In this document: in pieces, positions 47,653 to 56,199 of the stretch | Layout: every line of letters begins with the position of its first letter | Position numbering within the stretch: the first letter of the stretch is position 1 | Assembly (NCBI GenBank): GCA_044359815.1 | Contig: JBIKLL010000002.1 | Location: forward strand, 32,001 to 96,000 | DNA length: 64,000 nt | Reading direction: 5' to 3' | Source: Pseudobdellovibrionaceae bacterium | GTDB taxonomy: Bacteria; Bdellovibrionota; Bdellovibrionia; Bdellovibrionales; Bdellovibrionaceae | Position numbers and translations under genes: made by a program | The notes under the pieces: generated by a model | What the model was told of the DNA's origin: nothing | The model's input: only the letters and a program-made list of their open reading frames with translations | The model's database searches: none

Positions 47653-47707
47653 AATAGTGTCGCGTGAATCAAAACCAAAAATATAAACAATCTGAAGCAG
47701 GAGAGCC

Positions 47708-48007
47708 ATGACACCAAATCTAAACCACTCTGAAAATCTTTTCGTAGCAAATCTTCAATCGGTCAGCTTGGAAAAGCTGGTAAAGAGTAAGTTAGAGGTT
47801 TTATTTCAACAACAACAAGAAGCTCAGGTTGAGCTTAATGGTTTGTACAACATAGTTCTTGAACAGGTTGAGCGCCCATTGCTGGAAATCGCTTTACGGG
47901 CTTACAATGGCAATCAGGTTAAGACAGCTCAAATGCTTGGTATCAATCGCAACACACTTAAGAAGAAAATTGACAACTACAAGATCCGCGTAAAGAAAAT
48001 GAATTAA
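47708..48007 (+). CDS. fis: Fis-family DNA-binding protein
   Basis: LYNIVLEQVERPLL...GNQVKTAQMLGINRNTLKKKI helix-turn-helix. Confidence 0.88.
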   Translation: MTPNLNHSENLFVANLQSVSLEKLVKSKLEVLFQQQQEAQVELNGLYNIVLEQVERPLLEIALRAYNGNQVKTAQMLGINRNTLKKKIDNYKIRVKKMN

Positions 48008-48112
48008 TTTATTAAGCGACTCCGGTTTTTACATCGGCGGGTGCTCCATGTGTTTTCAACTTGATTTGTCCCGCAAAAATTTGATTTTTGTTGCTATTGA
48101 TTAGAGGGGAAA

Positions 48113-49528
48113 ATGGCACAAAGGGTACCTCCACACAATCACGAGGCTGAACAAGCAATCTTGGGAAGCCTTCTCATTGAACAAAACGCTTGGGATCAAG
48201 TCTCTGACAGCATCACTGCTGAAGATTTTTATCGTCCTGGTCACAACAAATTATACGCCACAATCAAAGAGCTTCATAACAAAGGTGAACCTGTTGATTT
48301 AATCACGCTGACTAACCATTTGCAGTCTAAGGGTGAGTTGGATTCTGTGGGTGGGGCCGGTTATTTGGTTGAATTGGTCAACAAGACTATTTCATCAGCT
48401 AACATCATGTACTATGCAAAAATCGTCAAAAACAAATCCACTTTGCGAAGATTGATTTTCGAAAGCTCCAAATTGATCGAGAGGGCCTACAGCGAAGAGT
48501 TTGATGAAATCGATGTCTTCCTGGATGAAGCTGAAATGGCTTACTATAAGCTCAATGAGGGGCAACAAACACAGGGCCTAGTTGGCTCGATGGAAATCGT
48601 TAAAGCCAGTATCGTAAAAATCGAAGAACTTTATAAAAACAGATCCGAGATCACTGGAGTCCCAACGGGATTCGCTCAATTGGATCGAATGACTTCAGGA
48701 TTACAGGCTGGAGATTTTGTGATCGTAGCAGCCAGACCTTCCATGGGAAAAACCGCGTTCAGTTTGAATCTGGTGCAAAATATAATTGCCAATCCCAAGA
48801 TGACGGCAGCTTACTTTTCATTGGAAATGAGTCGTGAGGCCGTGATGATGAGGCTTCTGGCCGCTGAAGCCAATATTAATTTAAAAGACATTCGTTCAGG
48901 CAAGCTTAACGATTCTGCATGGCCAAAACTGATAGCTGGTGCCAGCAAGCTGAGCGAAGCAAAATTATTTATTGATGAATCGGCCGCGATCAGCCCTTTT
49001 GAAGTCCGATCAAAATGCCGCAGACTAAAGGCTCAACACGGTTTGGATATTATCATCATAGATTATTTGCAGATGATGGATTTGAAACAACGGGTGGAAA
49101 GCCGCGAAAGAGCAGTGTCTGAGATTTCCAGAACCCTGAAGGGCCTTGCTAAAGAACTTAAGATTCCTGTGGTGGCATTAGCCCAGCTTAATCGGGGAGT
49201 TGAAGGCCGTTCAGATCGCAGACCTATGCTTTCAGATTTACGGGAATCAGGATCGATTGAACAAGATGCTGACGTTATCATGATGCTCTATCGAGAAGAT
49301 TATTACGATAAAGAATCGGCAGAAAAACAAGGTTTAGCAGAAGTCATCATTGGCAAACAAAGAAACGGTCCTACCGGCACCGTGAAATTAAAATGGGAAG
49401 CTGAGTTTGGTCGATTCAGAGATGCTGACCCTGAGGGTTGGGCTCCGCCTCCGCCGCCTCCGCAACCACAATATGGTGGTGGCGGTGGATTCAAACCAAA
49501 AAACTTTGCCCCAGGCGCCGGCGCTTAA
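48113..49528 (+). CDS. dnaB: Replicative DNA helicase
   Basis: PPHNHEAEQAILG, AARPSMGKT, IDYLQ, QLNR, DLRESGSIEQDAD, KQRNGPTG; Pro/Gly-rich tail. Confidence 0.98.
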   Translation: MAQRVPPHNHEAEQAILGSLLIEQNAWDQVSDSITAEDFYRPGHNKLYATIKELHNKGEPVDLITLTNHLQSKGELDSVGGAGYLVELVNKTISSANIMYYAKIVKNKSTLRRLIFESSKLIERAYSEEFDEIDVFLDEAEMAYYKLNEGQQTQGLVGSMEIVKASIVKIEELYKNRSEITGVPTGFAQLDRMTSGLQAGDFVIVAARPSMGKTAFSLNLVQNIIANPKMTAAYFSLEMSREAVMMRLLAAEANINLKDIRSGKLNDSAWPKLIAGASKLSEAKLFIDESAAISPFEVRSKCRRLKAQHGLDIIIIDYLQMMDLKQRVESRERAVSEISRTLKGLAKELKIPVVALAQLNRGVEGRSDRRPMLSDLRESGSIEQDADVIMMLYREDYYDKESAEKQGLAEVIIGKQRNGPTGTVKLKWEAEFGRFRDADPEGWAPPPPPPQPQYGGGGGFKPKNFAPGAGA

Positions 49529-49539
49529 ATCTTTTTAAA

Positions 49540-49627
49540 TAGCTAGCCATTTTTTGTGTAGCCGAAAATAAATAATAAAATTCTAAATTCAATTTTTATT
49601 TTCAGCGGCACAGAAAAGGGCTAGCTA
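49540..49627. repeat. Long imperfect palindrome between convergent genes (probable terminator or decayed element)
   Basis: 49540-49572 and 49595-49627 match at 28 of 33 positions as an inverted repeat. Confidence 0.7.
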
Positions 49628-49640
49628 GGATTTGTAGGTC

Positions 49641-50150
49641 CTATCGCATTGATAGGTTTTTACGATTTGATTTGATGCTGTCATCAGCCAATTCAACACC
49701 CAGATCCTTGAGTTTTTGTTTGATGGCTGTGTTTTTAGAACAAACACTTAAAATTGATTTTTTATTAATCTGAAATTGAGCTTCGTCGCCACCTTGAAAA
49801 GTAGTCGCAGCAGTCACGATATCAACCATAGCATCCAAATTGTTAATTGATTCATTTAATGTTGCATTGGCATCAGTAATATTTTTATTGGGCAGATAGT
49901 AGAAACCTTCTGATGAAAATATAGTTCTGGAGTTATCTTGCTTCATCAAATAGCCATCTACTGAAAACACAGGACCGTCTTTGCTGATCAAATTAATTTT
50001 ACCCTTCAAGTTTTCAGAATTTTCAGCGATAAAATTCAAACATTTAACCATGGACTTTTCATGGTCTTTTGCGGACTCTGTTGCCACTGCGAAAGCACTG
50101 GTTAATGAGGTCATTGCGAAAAGTGTGATTTTAAATATTTGTGTTTTCAT
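49641..50150 (-). CDS. Hypothetical exported protein
   Basis: Likely start MKTQIF at 50150; signal peptide (AFA); two Cys. Confidence 0.65.
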   Translation of the reverse strand: MKTQIFKITLFAMTSLTSAFAVATESAKDHEKSMVKCLNFIAENSENLKGKINLISKDGPVFSVDGYLMKQDNSRTIFSSEGFYYLPNKNITDANATLNESINNLDAMVDIVTAATTFQGGDEAQFQINKKSILSVCSKNTAIKQKLKDLGVELADDSIKSNRKNLSMR

Positions 50151-50298
50151 ACCTTTTGTTAATGCAATCTGTTTGCCAGTCGAAATCAAAACCTTAGCCT
50201 AGGTTGATGTAAATATTGTTGCCAGATGTAGTTAAAAGACTGACACCTAGTCAATATGAGACAAACATTAAGTCCTGATTTTGACTGGGGATTAACCG

Positions 50299-50317
50299 AC
50301 GTCTCAGAATGAGACGT
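50299..50317. promoter_or_regulatory. Perfect palindrome ACGTCTCA-GAA-TGAGACGT (candidate operator)
   Basis: Divergent intergenic region; a half-matching copy TAGTCA-ATA-TGAGAC lies at 50248-50262. Confidence 0.55.
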
Positions 50318-50344
50318 TATTTTAGTATAACAAAGGAGCCATGG

Positions 50345-50536
50345 ATGGCTGGTAAAGAGTTGGTAGATAAACTGATTGCTGCTTCGGGATTGCCTGAAAA
50401 TACATTTAAAAAAATTCTGGCAGAGTATTTAAATAAAAAAGGTGTTCTTATGGAACACCTTACTTTGGATGATTTTAGAGAATTGGCAAAAGAACTGCTT
50501 GATGAGGTTCTTTTATCCAAAGAACAGGCTCACTGA
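50345..50536 (+). CDS. Small helical hypothetical protein
   Basis: AAGGAG RBS, start MAGKEL; 63 aa. Confidence 0.65.
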   Translation: MAGKELVDKLIAASGLPENTFKKILAEYLNKKGVLMEHLTLDDFRELAKELLDEVLLSKEQAH

Positions 50537-50976
50537 GCCCGTTCAACCACAACCTGAACTGTAGCTGTTTGACCTTCGCCAAATTTCACAGTTGCCTTAT
50601 GAGTCCCTAAAACCTTGATCTGCTCATCTAAATGAATGTCTCTGCGATCAACAGAAAATCCAGCTTTTTCTAATTCCTTAGAAATATCAGCTGTTGTTAC
50701 TGATCCGAATAATTTATCTGAATCTCCAGCAGACAATTTAAATTTAACGCTGACACCACCCATTTTATTAAGCAGTTCTTGTCTTTCGGCTACGGCTTTT
50801 TTTCGTTTTGCTTCAGCAACGCGATTAAGGTGTTCATATTCCTTGACCCGTTTTTCTGTAGCTTCCACAGCCAATTTTCGAGGAAACAAAAAGTTTCTGG
50901 CAAACCCAGCTGCTACGGCAACCAAGTCTCCTACTTTTCCAACTTCCTTAACGTCCTTTTGTAAAATCACTTTCAT
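50530..50976 (-). CDS. rplI: 50S ribosomal protein L9
   Basis: MKVILQKDV..VGKVGD...GFARNFLFP, KLFGSVT. Confidence 0.97.
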   Translation of the reverse strand: MKVILQKDVKEVGKVGDLVAVAAGFARNFLFPRKLAVEATEKRVKEYEHLNRVAEAKRKKAVAERQELLNKMGGVSVKFKLSAGDSDKLFGSVTTADISKELEKAGFSVDRRDIHLDEQIKVLGTHKATVKFGEGQTATVQVVVERAQ

Positions 50977-50979
50977 AAT

Positions 50980-51882
50980 TTACCTCTTACTTTCCGAATG
51001 CGAGGCTCTAATCACGCCCCAACGTTTTCTAAAATCAATCCAGTAATCAATGACACCGATCAAAGCAATCACTGGAAAAAAGTTTCCTACTATAAACACA
51101 TAAAACACTGCTCTAAAAAATCCGCCCGTTCTGAGCCATGCTAAAAACCACTCTGACACCGCAATGCCTTGAAAAAAATAAATCGCTGCCACGATGTTAA
51201 ATAAATTGGTCGCGGATATTGCCACATTAGGCGGAATGCCCTTAAAAAAGCTCAAGAAAAAACTGATTAACACCAGAAATATAAAAAAATCTGGCGCTTT
51301 AAATTGTATCAGTTGTTCCTTCATAATGTTTCTGGGATACAAAGTCCCCATAACCTTGCACAAACGCGGGGTCATAATTTCTGCTGTCACTAACGATATT
51401 CCAATCAAAATACATAAAAATGACCACAATTGCTGTGATAAAACAGTGATAGTCATTTCGATGCTCTCGATATTTTTGGGATTATTTGTTGGTAAAAATT
51501 GTTTTACCAATTCACCCACTGTTTGATGCAAATTGCTGCCAATGGATTTAACTCCCAAAAACAGTGACACATAAGCAATCGAACCTAAAACAAGACTGAC
51601 CAGTAATGTATTTATCAAAATACCCATTCTGAATCTAACACTCAGTTCACGGTGCAAATAAACCGCAGCCCACATTACAATCGTAACTCCAGCCAGTGGA
51701 TACAATTTCAAATACAGTAAAAAAGAAGAAATAATTGCGCCAGCAAACAAATATCCAGCGGAACCATAGGTTTCACGTAACAAACGTAAAAAAGGTGTTC
51801 CTAAAAACACAAATACGTTTGTTAAAAACGCTCCTAGTACGGATAAGGTAGCATAATTAAATGCTTCTTTGAGGCTCTTCAT
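50980..51882 (-). CDS. DUF2232/YybS-family membrane protein
   Basis: Multi-TM protein with YFFQGIAV and IGVIDYWIDFRK; typical position upstream of rplI. Confidence 0.8.
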   Translation of the reverse strand: MKSLKEAFNYATLSVLGAFLTNVFVFLGTPFLRLLRETYGSAGYLFAGAIISSFLLYLKLYPLAGVTIVMWAAVYLHRELSVRFRMGILINTLLVSLVLGSIAYVSLFLGVKSIGSNLHQTVGELVKQFLPTNNPKNIESIEMTITVLSQQLWSFLCILIGISLVTAEIMTPRLCKVMGTLYPRNIMKEQLIQFKAPDFFIFLVLISFFLSFFKGIPPNVAISATNLFNIVAAIYFFQGIAVSEWFLAWLRTGGFFRAVFYVFIVGNFFPVIALIGVIDYWIDFRKRWGVIRASHSESKR

Positions 51883-51888
51883 TAAATA

Positions 51889-52329
51889 TTACATTCCTGA
51901 ATGGGCAGCTGCCATTGCTTGTCGTTTAGCAAGAGCTTTAGCTTCACGTTCTTTTTCACGTTGAGCTGTGTCTTGAAGACCCTTTTTGTACGATTCAACA
52001 AATTTTGATAATGGAATCCTGTTGTCCAAGCGTGTGTGCATAAAGCGCAAAACCTTGTCGTTGATTCTCATGATCCTTTCAAGCTCGGTTACAGCGCCAG
52101 AAGAAGCCTGAAATGTAGAGTGAAAATAAATTCCCTTTTTGCTTTTTTCAATGGGGTTCATCAAATTTCTCTTACCCCAAGTTTCCAAAGTATTAATAGA
52201 CCCGCCAAAAGATTTGATAGTGTCTTGGTTTTTTCTGAAAATGTTTTTTTGCTCGTCCAAAGTTGCATCAGGGTGCAAGATCACTACAACTTCATAATTA
52301 TTTAAAACGACTTCGGCGTTTTTGCTCAT
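51889..52329 (-). CDS. rpsF: 30S ribosomal protein S6
   Basis: YEVVVILHPD, WGKRNL..PI.K...G.Y, ELERIMRINDKVLR. Confidence 0.95.
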   Translation of the reverse strand: MSKNAEVVLNNYEVVVILHPDATLDEQKNIFRKNQDTIKSFGGSINTLETWGKRNLMNPIEKSKKGIYFHSTFQASSGAVTELERIMRINDKVLRFMHTRLDNRIPLSKFVESYKKGLQDTAQREKEREAKALAKRQAMAAAHSGM

Positions 52330-52335
52330 TAGGTT

Positions 52336-52380
52336 TCCTTTCGGTTAAAACCGGTCTTTGTATTGTAAGGCCAGTAAGGA
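52336..52380 (-). promoter_or_regulatory. Putative S6:S18 ribosomal-protein leader RNA
   Basis: Minus strand UCCUU-ACUGGCCUU-loop-AAGACCGGU-uuuaaCCGa-AAGGA. The outer stem sequesters the SD and the bulge carries CCG. Confidence 0.6.
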
Positions 52381-52456
52381 TGGTTATTTAATTTGAGGCT
52401 AGTTACCATGGACCAGGACTATTCTCAAGGAACTAATCAGATTATTATTTGATAAT

Positions 52457-53155
52457 ATGGCACTTTTTTTAGAAATCGTAGAGGGCCCAAATAGGGGGTC
52501 ACAACACCGCCTGAAAAGGGGATTTAAGATAGGCAGGACACAGGGTGATATCCAAATCCCTGATCCAAAAATATCCAGTGTTCACGCCGAGATAAGGCAA
52601 TCCGCCGATGGCTTATTGGCCATTCATGACTTGCAGTCTTCCAATGGAATCAGGCTCAACGGTCGTAAAGTAGCCAGTTTAAATCTGATTCCAGGATCTG
52701 TGTTTTCAATAGGAAAAACTGTGGTCCTTGTAGTTGAAAAAGCCCCAACAGGGGCTCCAAAAGTCATCGAAAATACCGTACAAAAAACCTGGATTGAAGA
52801 CCTAAAGATTTTATTAAAAAAATCTAAAATCAGAAATGAAGAATCCAAAGAACGAGTCCATGCATTTAATCCGCCCCTTGTAGTGCAATTTGTGATGGGC
52901 CCACAGGCAGATCATAAAATGATGTTAGGGTTTGGCCCCAGAAAATTTGGATTTGGCTCAATGGATTGCGAATTGCTGGATCCTGCAGCGCCTTTTGAAA
53001 GCTTTGAAATCGTACCCACGGAAACAGGTGCCATGATCAAATCCAATGACAACGCCGTGCTTTTGAATGAAAAAAGTTTTCAACAGGAGTATCTTCGCCC
53101 TGGTGACGAAATTAAAGTTGGGCAAACCGTTATAAGGATACTTGAGCATAAATGA
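52457..53155 (+). CDS. Tandem FHA-domain protein
   Basis: First domain canonical (IGRT, ISSVHA, DLQSSNG); second degenerate (LRPGDEIKVG). Confidence 0.85.
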   Translation: MALFLEIVEGPNRGSQHRLKRGFKIGRTQGDIQIPDPKISSVHAEIRQSADGLLAIHDLQSSNGIRLNGRKVASLNLIPGSVFSIGKTVVLVVEKAPTGAPKVIENTVQKTWIEDLKILLKKSKIRNEESKERVHAFNPPLVVQFVMGPQADHKMMLGFGPRKFGFGSMDCELLDPAAPFESFEIVPTETGAMIKSNDNAVLLNEKSFQQEYLRPGDEIKVGQTVIRILEHK

Positions 53156-54027
53156 CAAAAACAATTCCCGTCCAATCAGGACAATTTAAAAGTTTTGATG
53201 ATTGTTCCATTTTCTACGAAGTCCGCGGCGAAGGTGAACCTGTCGTGTTTATCTATGGTATCGCTTGTTTAATTAATCATTGGCATCATCAACTGGATTA
53301 TTTTTCCAAAGGATACCAAGCAATTTCTTATGATCTGAGGGGACACCACAAAAGTTTTAATAAAAACACCAAAGTTGATTACTCTTTGATGGCCTTGGCA
53401 CATGACCTGCCTTATTTGTTAAGAGAACTGGGATTGAAACAAGCACATTTTGTTGTTCATTCATTTGGTGGACAGATTGCACTGAGGGCCTACGATGAGT
53501 TTCCTGAAATTTTTAAGAGCTTAACTTTGATCAACGGATTTGCGTCAAATCCCATCAAGGGAATGTTTGGATTAAACCTTGCTGAACCATTGTTTCAAAT
53601 TATCAAAGAAATTCATTCTCTGAGTCCCAACGAAATTTCAAAGATTTGGAAAGGCGCTATCGACAATCCATTGTCTATGTGGCTGTCTGGGGTTTTAGGT
53701 GGCTTTAATCTGAAGCTGACTGATTTTAAAGACATTGAGATTTACGCAAAAGGTGTTTCAAATATTTCTCTGGATGTGTTGATTCCATTTTTTGAGGACA
53801 TGATGAAGTACGACGGCACTGCCGCTGCCAAGAAAGTTAATGTTCCCACACTGATAATCAGTGGAGATCGGGATTTAGTGACGCCCATAAAGTTTCAGCA
53901 CAATTTGCATAAAATGATTAAAAACTCGGAGCTGTTTATTGTTCCTTATGGCTCCCATTGCACTCAGCTGGATTTTCCTGAATATACAAATTTTAAAATT
54001 GATAATTTTATAAAAAAAGGCTCGTAG
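53152..54027 (+). CDS. Alpha/beta hydrolase
   Basis: DLRGH, VHSFGG nucleophile elbow, GDRDLVTP, GSH. Confidence 0.9.
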   Translation: MTKTIPVQSGQFKSFDDCSIFYEVRGEGEPVVFIYGIACLINHWHHQLDYFSKGYQAISYDLRGHHKSFNKNTKVDYSLMALAHDLPYLLRELGLKQAHFVVHSFGGQIALRAYDEFPEIFKSLTLINGFASNPIKGMFGLNLAEPLFQIIKEIHSLSPNEISKIWKGAIDNPLSMWLSGVLGGFNLKLTDFKDIEIYAKGVSNISLDVLIPFFEDMMKYDGTAAAKKVNVPTLIISGDRDLVTPIKFQHNLHKMIKNSELFIVPYGSHCTQLDFPEYTNFKIDNFIKKGS

Positions 54028-54044
54028 TTGTACGAGCCTTTTTT
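54013..54044. terminator. Bidirectional intrinsic terminator
   Basis: AAAAAAGGCTCGTA-gttg-TACGAGCCTTTTTT between convergent genes. Confidence 0.85.
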
Positions 54045-54064
54045 GAATTGCTTATGATTTTTAT

Positions 54065-55708
54065 TTATCTGAAAGCTATTTTGCTGACATCAAAACCATA
54101 ACCCTGGATTGAATCATCTGAAGTGAAAACTATCTTAACATAGCTTCCTTTAAAAACTGGTGAAAAACTATCATCATTTTCGCCGTGCATTTGTCCTAAT
54201 AAATTTCCGGCCTCGTCATAGAAGCTTACGAAATCATAATTTTTTTCAGTCTGAAATCTGGAAAAATAAATTGAAATTTCAGTAGCTCCTGGTACCGACA
54301 GCTCAAATGTCTGACTGGTTTTAGCTAAGTAAGGATGGGCCGTAGAGGCAACCTGTTCAACGGTTTGCCAGTTGGCTGGATCATTAAGATCAGGCTGTGG
54401 TGCTTGATTCATCAAAGCCGCATAGGCATCAACAATTCCGCCAGACAGTACACGTCTTTTGATTGTGCTGAGGGGCCTAGCTGTGCTGACGATTCTGTTT
54501 TTAATATCAACTGCTGTTAAAGCTGAATCATAGGCCAACATCAACGCTGCTACACCAGAAACATGTGGAGTCGCCATCGAAGTCCCTGACCATGAATCAT
54601 ATTTGCCTTCGTTTACTGAAGAAAACACTTTCACCCCAGGTGCTGCCACGTGAACTGATCTTTTACCGAAGTTGGAAAAATTGGCCAGATCACCTTTGTT
54701 ATCAATAGCTGCTACTGAAATGACGTTTGCAACATCGTAGGACGCTGGATAACCAGGAATAATATCGTTGTTAGATGAATTATTTCCGGCTGCAGCGACA
54801 AACAACGTTCCTGCGGCGTTTGATCGTTCAATGGCTTCTTTCAGTAACTGCGATTCACCGCCACCGCCCCATGAGTTGCTCAAGACCTTTGCGTTCATTT
54901 TGACGGCATAATCAATTGCTTTGATTGCGCCCTCCAAGGTTCCGCTGCCATCACCATTTAAAAATTTAACACCCATGATTTTTACGTTCCAATTAACTCC
55001 TACGATGCCAGCGGCGTCTCCACCTTTTGCACCAATAGTACCTGAACAATGCGATCCATGTCCGTGATCATCAAATGGATCCCCGTCACCGGTGTCGCTT
55101 GAAAAATCATATCCGTGAATGTCATCAACAAAACCATTTCCGTCGTCATCAACACCAGGTTGACCAACAAGTTCAGCAGAATTGGTCCAAACGTTTTCCC
55201 TCAGGTCAGGGTGGTTGTAATCAATCCCTGTATCGATCACTGCTACCAAGACATCGCTTGAACCTGTAGTCAGATCCCAGGCTTTTTCAACATTGATATC
55301 CACACCTTCGGTACCGTTTTGGACTCCATCGGTCTGGCCAACATTTTTTAATCCCCACAATTTTGAATAATCAGGATCATTAGGTACAGCGTTGGTTCTG
55401 TATATATAGTTTGGTTCAACCAGCAAAACATTTTTATTTTGCTTGAGTGCACTCATCGCATAACTGGACAATTCAATCTTAGGTCGCTGAACCACCAAAA
55501 TATTTCTGCCAGGAATGACTGATTTAATCATCGAATTAATTTCAGGTGCAAAAGCCCCAGAAGTTACATTTGTGATTGGCCCCTTAAGCTTCACCAAGTA
55601 TTCACCGGGAACTGCTTCGGGCTCATATTTCGCTATTGCATTTAAAGAAAACAAAACTAAAGCATAGCTCCCCAGTCTTGTCCATTTGATACGTCCTTGT
55701 TGTTTCAT
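54065..55708 (-). CDS. Secreted S8 subtilisin-like protease with C-terminal CUB-like domain
   Basis: Catalytic triad VAVIDTG, HGSHCSG, GTSMATPH; prodomain; F.TE..YDFV...FTSD.S....GF at the C-terminus. Confidence 0.93.
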   Translation of the reverse strand: MKQQGRIKWTRLGSYALVLFSLNAIAKYEPEAVPGEYLVKLKGPITNVTSGAFAPEINSMIKSVIPGRNILVVQRPKIELSSYAMSALKQNKNVLLVEPNYIYRTNAVPNDPDYSKLWGLKNVGQTDGVQNGTEGVDINVEKAWDLTTGSSDVLVAVIDTGIDYNHPDLRENVWTNSAELVGQPGVDDDGNGFVDDIHGYDFSSDTGDGDPFDDHGHGSHCSGTIGAKGGDAAGIVGVNWNVKIMGVKFLNGDGSGTLEGAIKAIDYAVKMNAKVLSNSWGGGGESQLLKEAIERSNAAGTLFVAAAGNNSSNNDIIPGYPASYDVANVISVAAIDNKGDLANFSNFGKRSVHVAAPGVKVFSSVNEGKYDSWSGTSMATPHVSGVAALMLAYDSALTAVDIKNRIVSTARPLSTIKRRVLSGGIVDAYAALMNQAPQPDLNDPANWQTVEQVASTAHPYLAKTSQTFELSVPGATEISIYFSRFQTEKNYDFVSFYDEAGNLLGQMHGENDDSFSPVFKGSYVKIVFTSDDSIQGYGFDVSKIAFR

Positions 55709-55825
55709 CAATTCCCTCCATTGGAATTACCTCAAAATCGTATCAACCAAAATTATTCAGGGGCACTAATTAAAGGTCTAGATCAATTCTATTTTTTAAT
55801 AGTAGAAATGATTTTTTAAAATGAA

Positions 55826-56023
55826 CTATGAGACTTTTTTTGACTGTTCAAAGTTAAATGACAGTTGTTCGGGACTTGAGTGTTCTTTTAATTTTTCAGA
55901 AGGGGTCTTTACCTCAACACCATAGGCTTGTTTGATTAAGTATTTGATAAAAGCTTCTTGGGTCGCAGTACTGGATCCAGGTTTAAACCCAGCTTCGCTC
56001 ATAATTTCACCGACTTTTTTCAT
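55826..56023 (-). CDS. Small hypothetical protein with C-terminal QLSFNF motif
   Basis: AAGGA RBS, 65 aa, free-standing in an intergenic gap. Confidence 0.65.
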   Translation of the reverse strand: MKKVGEIMSEAGFKPGSSTATQEAFIKYLIKQAYGVEVKTPSEKLKEHSSPEQLSFNFEQSKKVS

Positions 56024-56199
56024 AACAAGTTCCTTTTTTGTGTATGAAGTTGTCGGATTAATTAGATGAATTCTTGATGAAGAACCAATGAGGACTACTG
56101 TTAAGTAAACCTTAAATGCTGCGTTTAAAGGTTAAAAAAAATTAATATGTTTCAAATCTTTTGCTCCCTAGGTCTGAGCTCTGGTCCTGCTTGCAATGG

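Noticed and set aside
48113..49528. Intein in DnaB
   Set aside because: Length (471 aa) and contiguous helicase motifs leave no room for an insertion.
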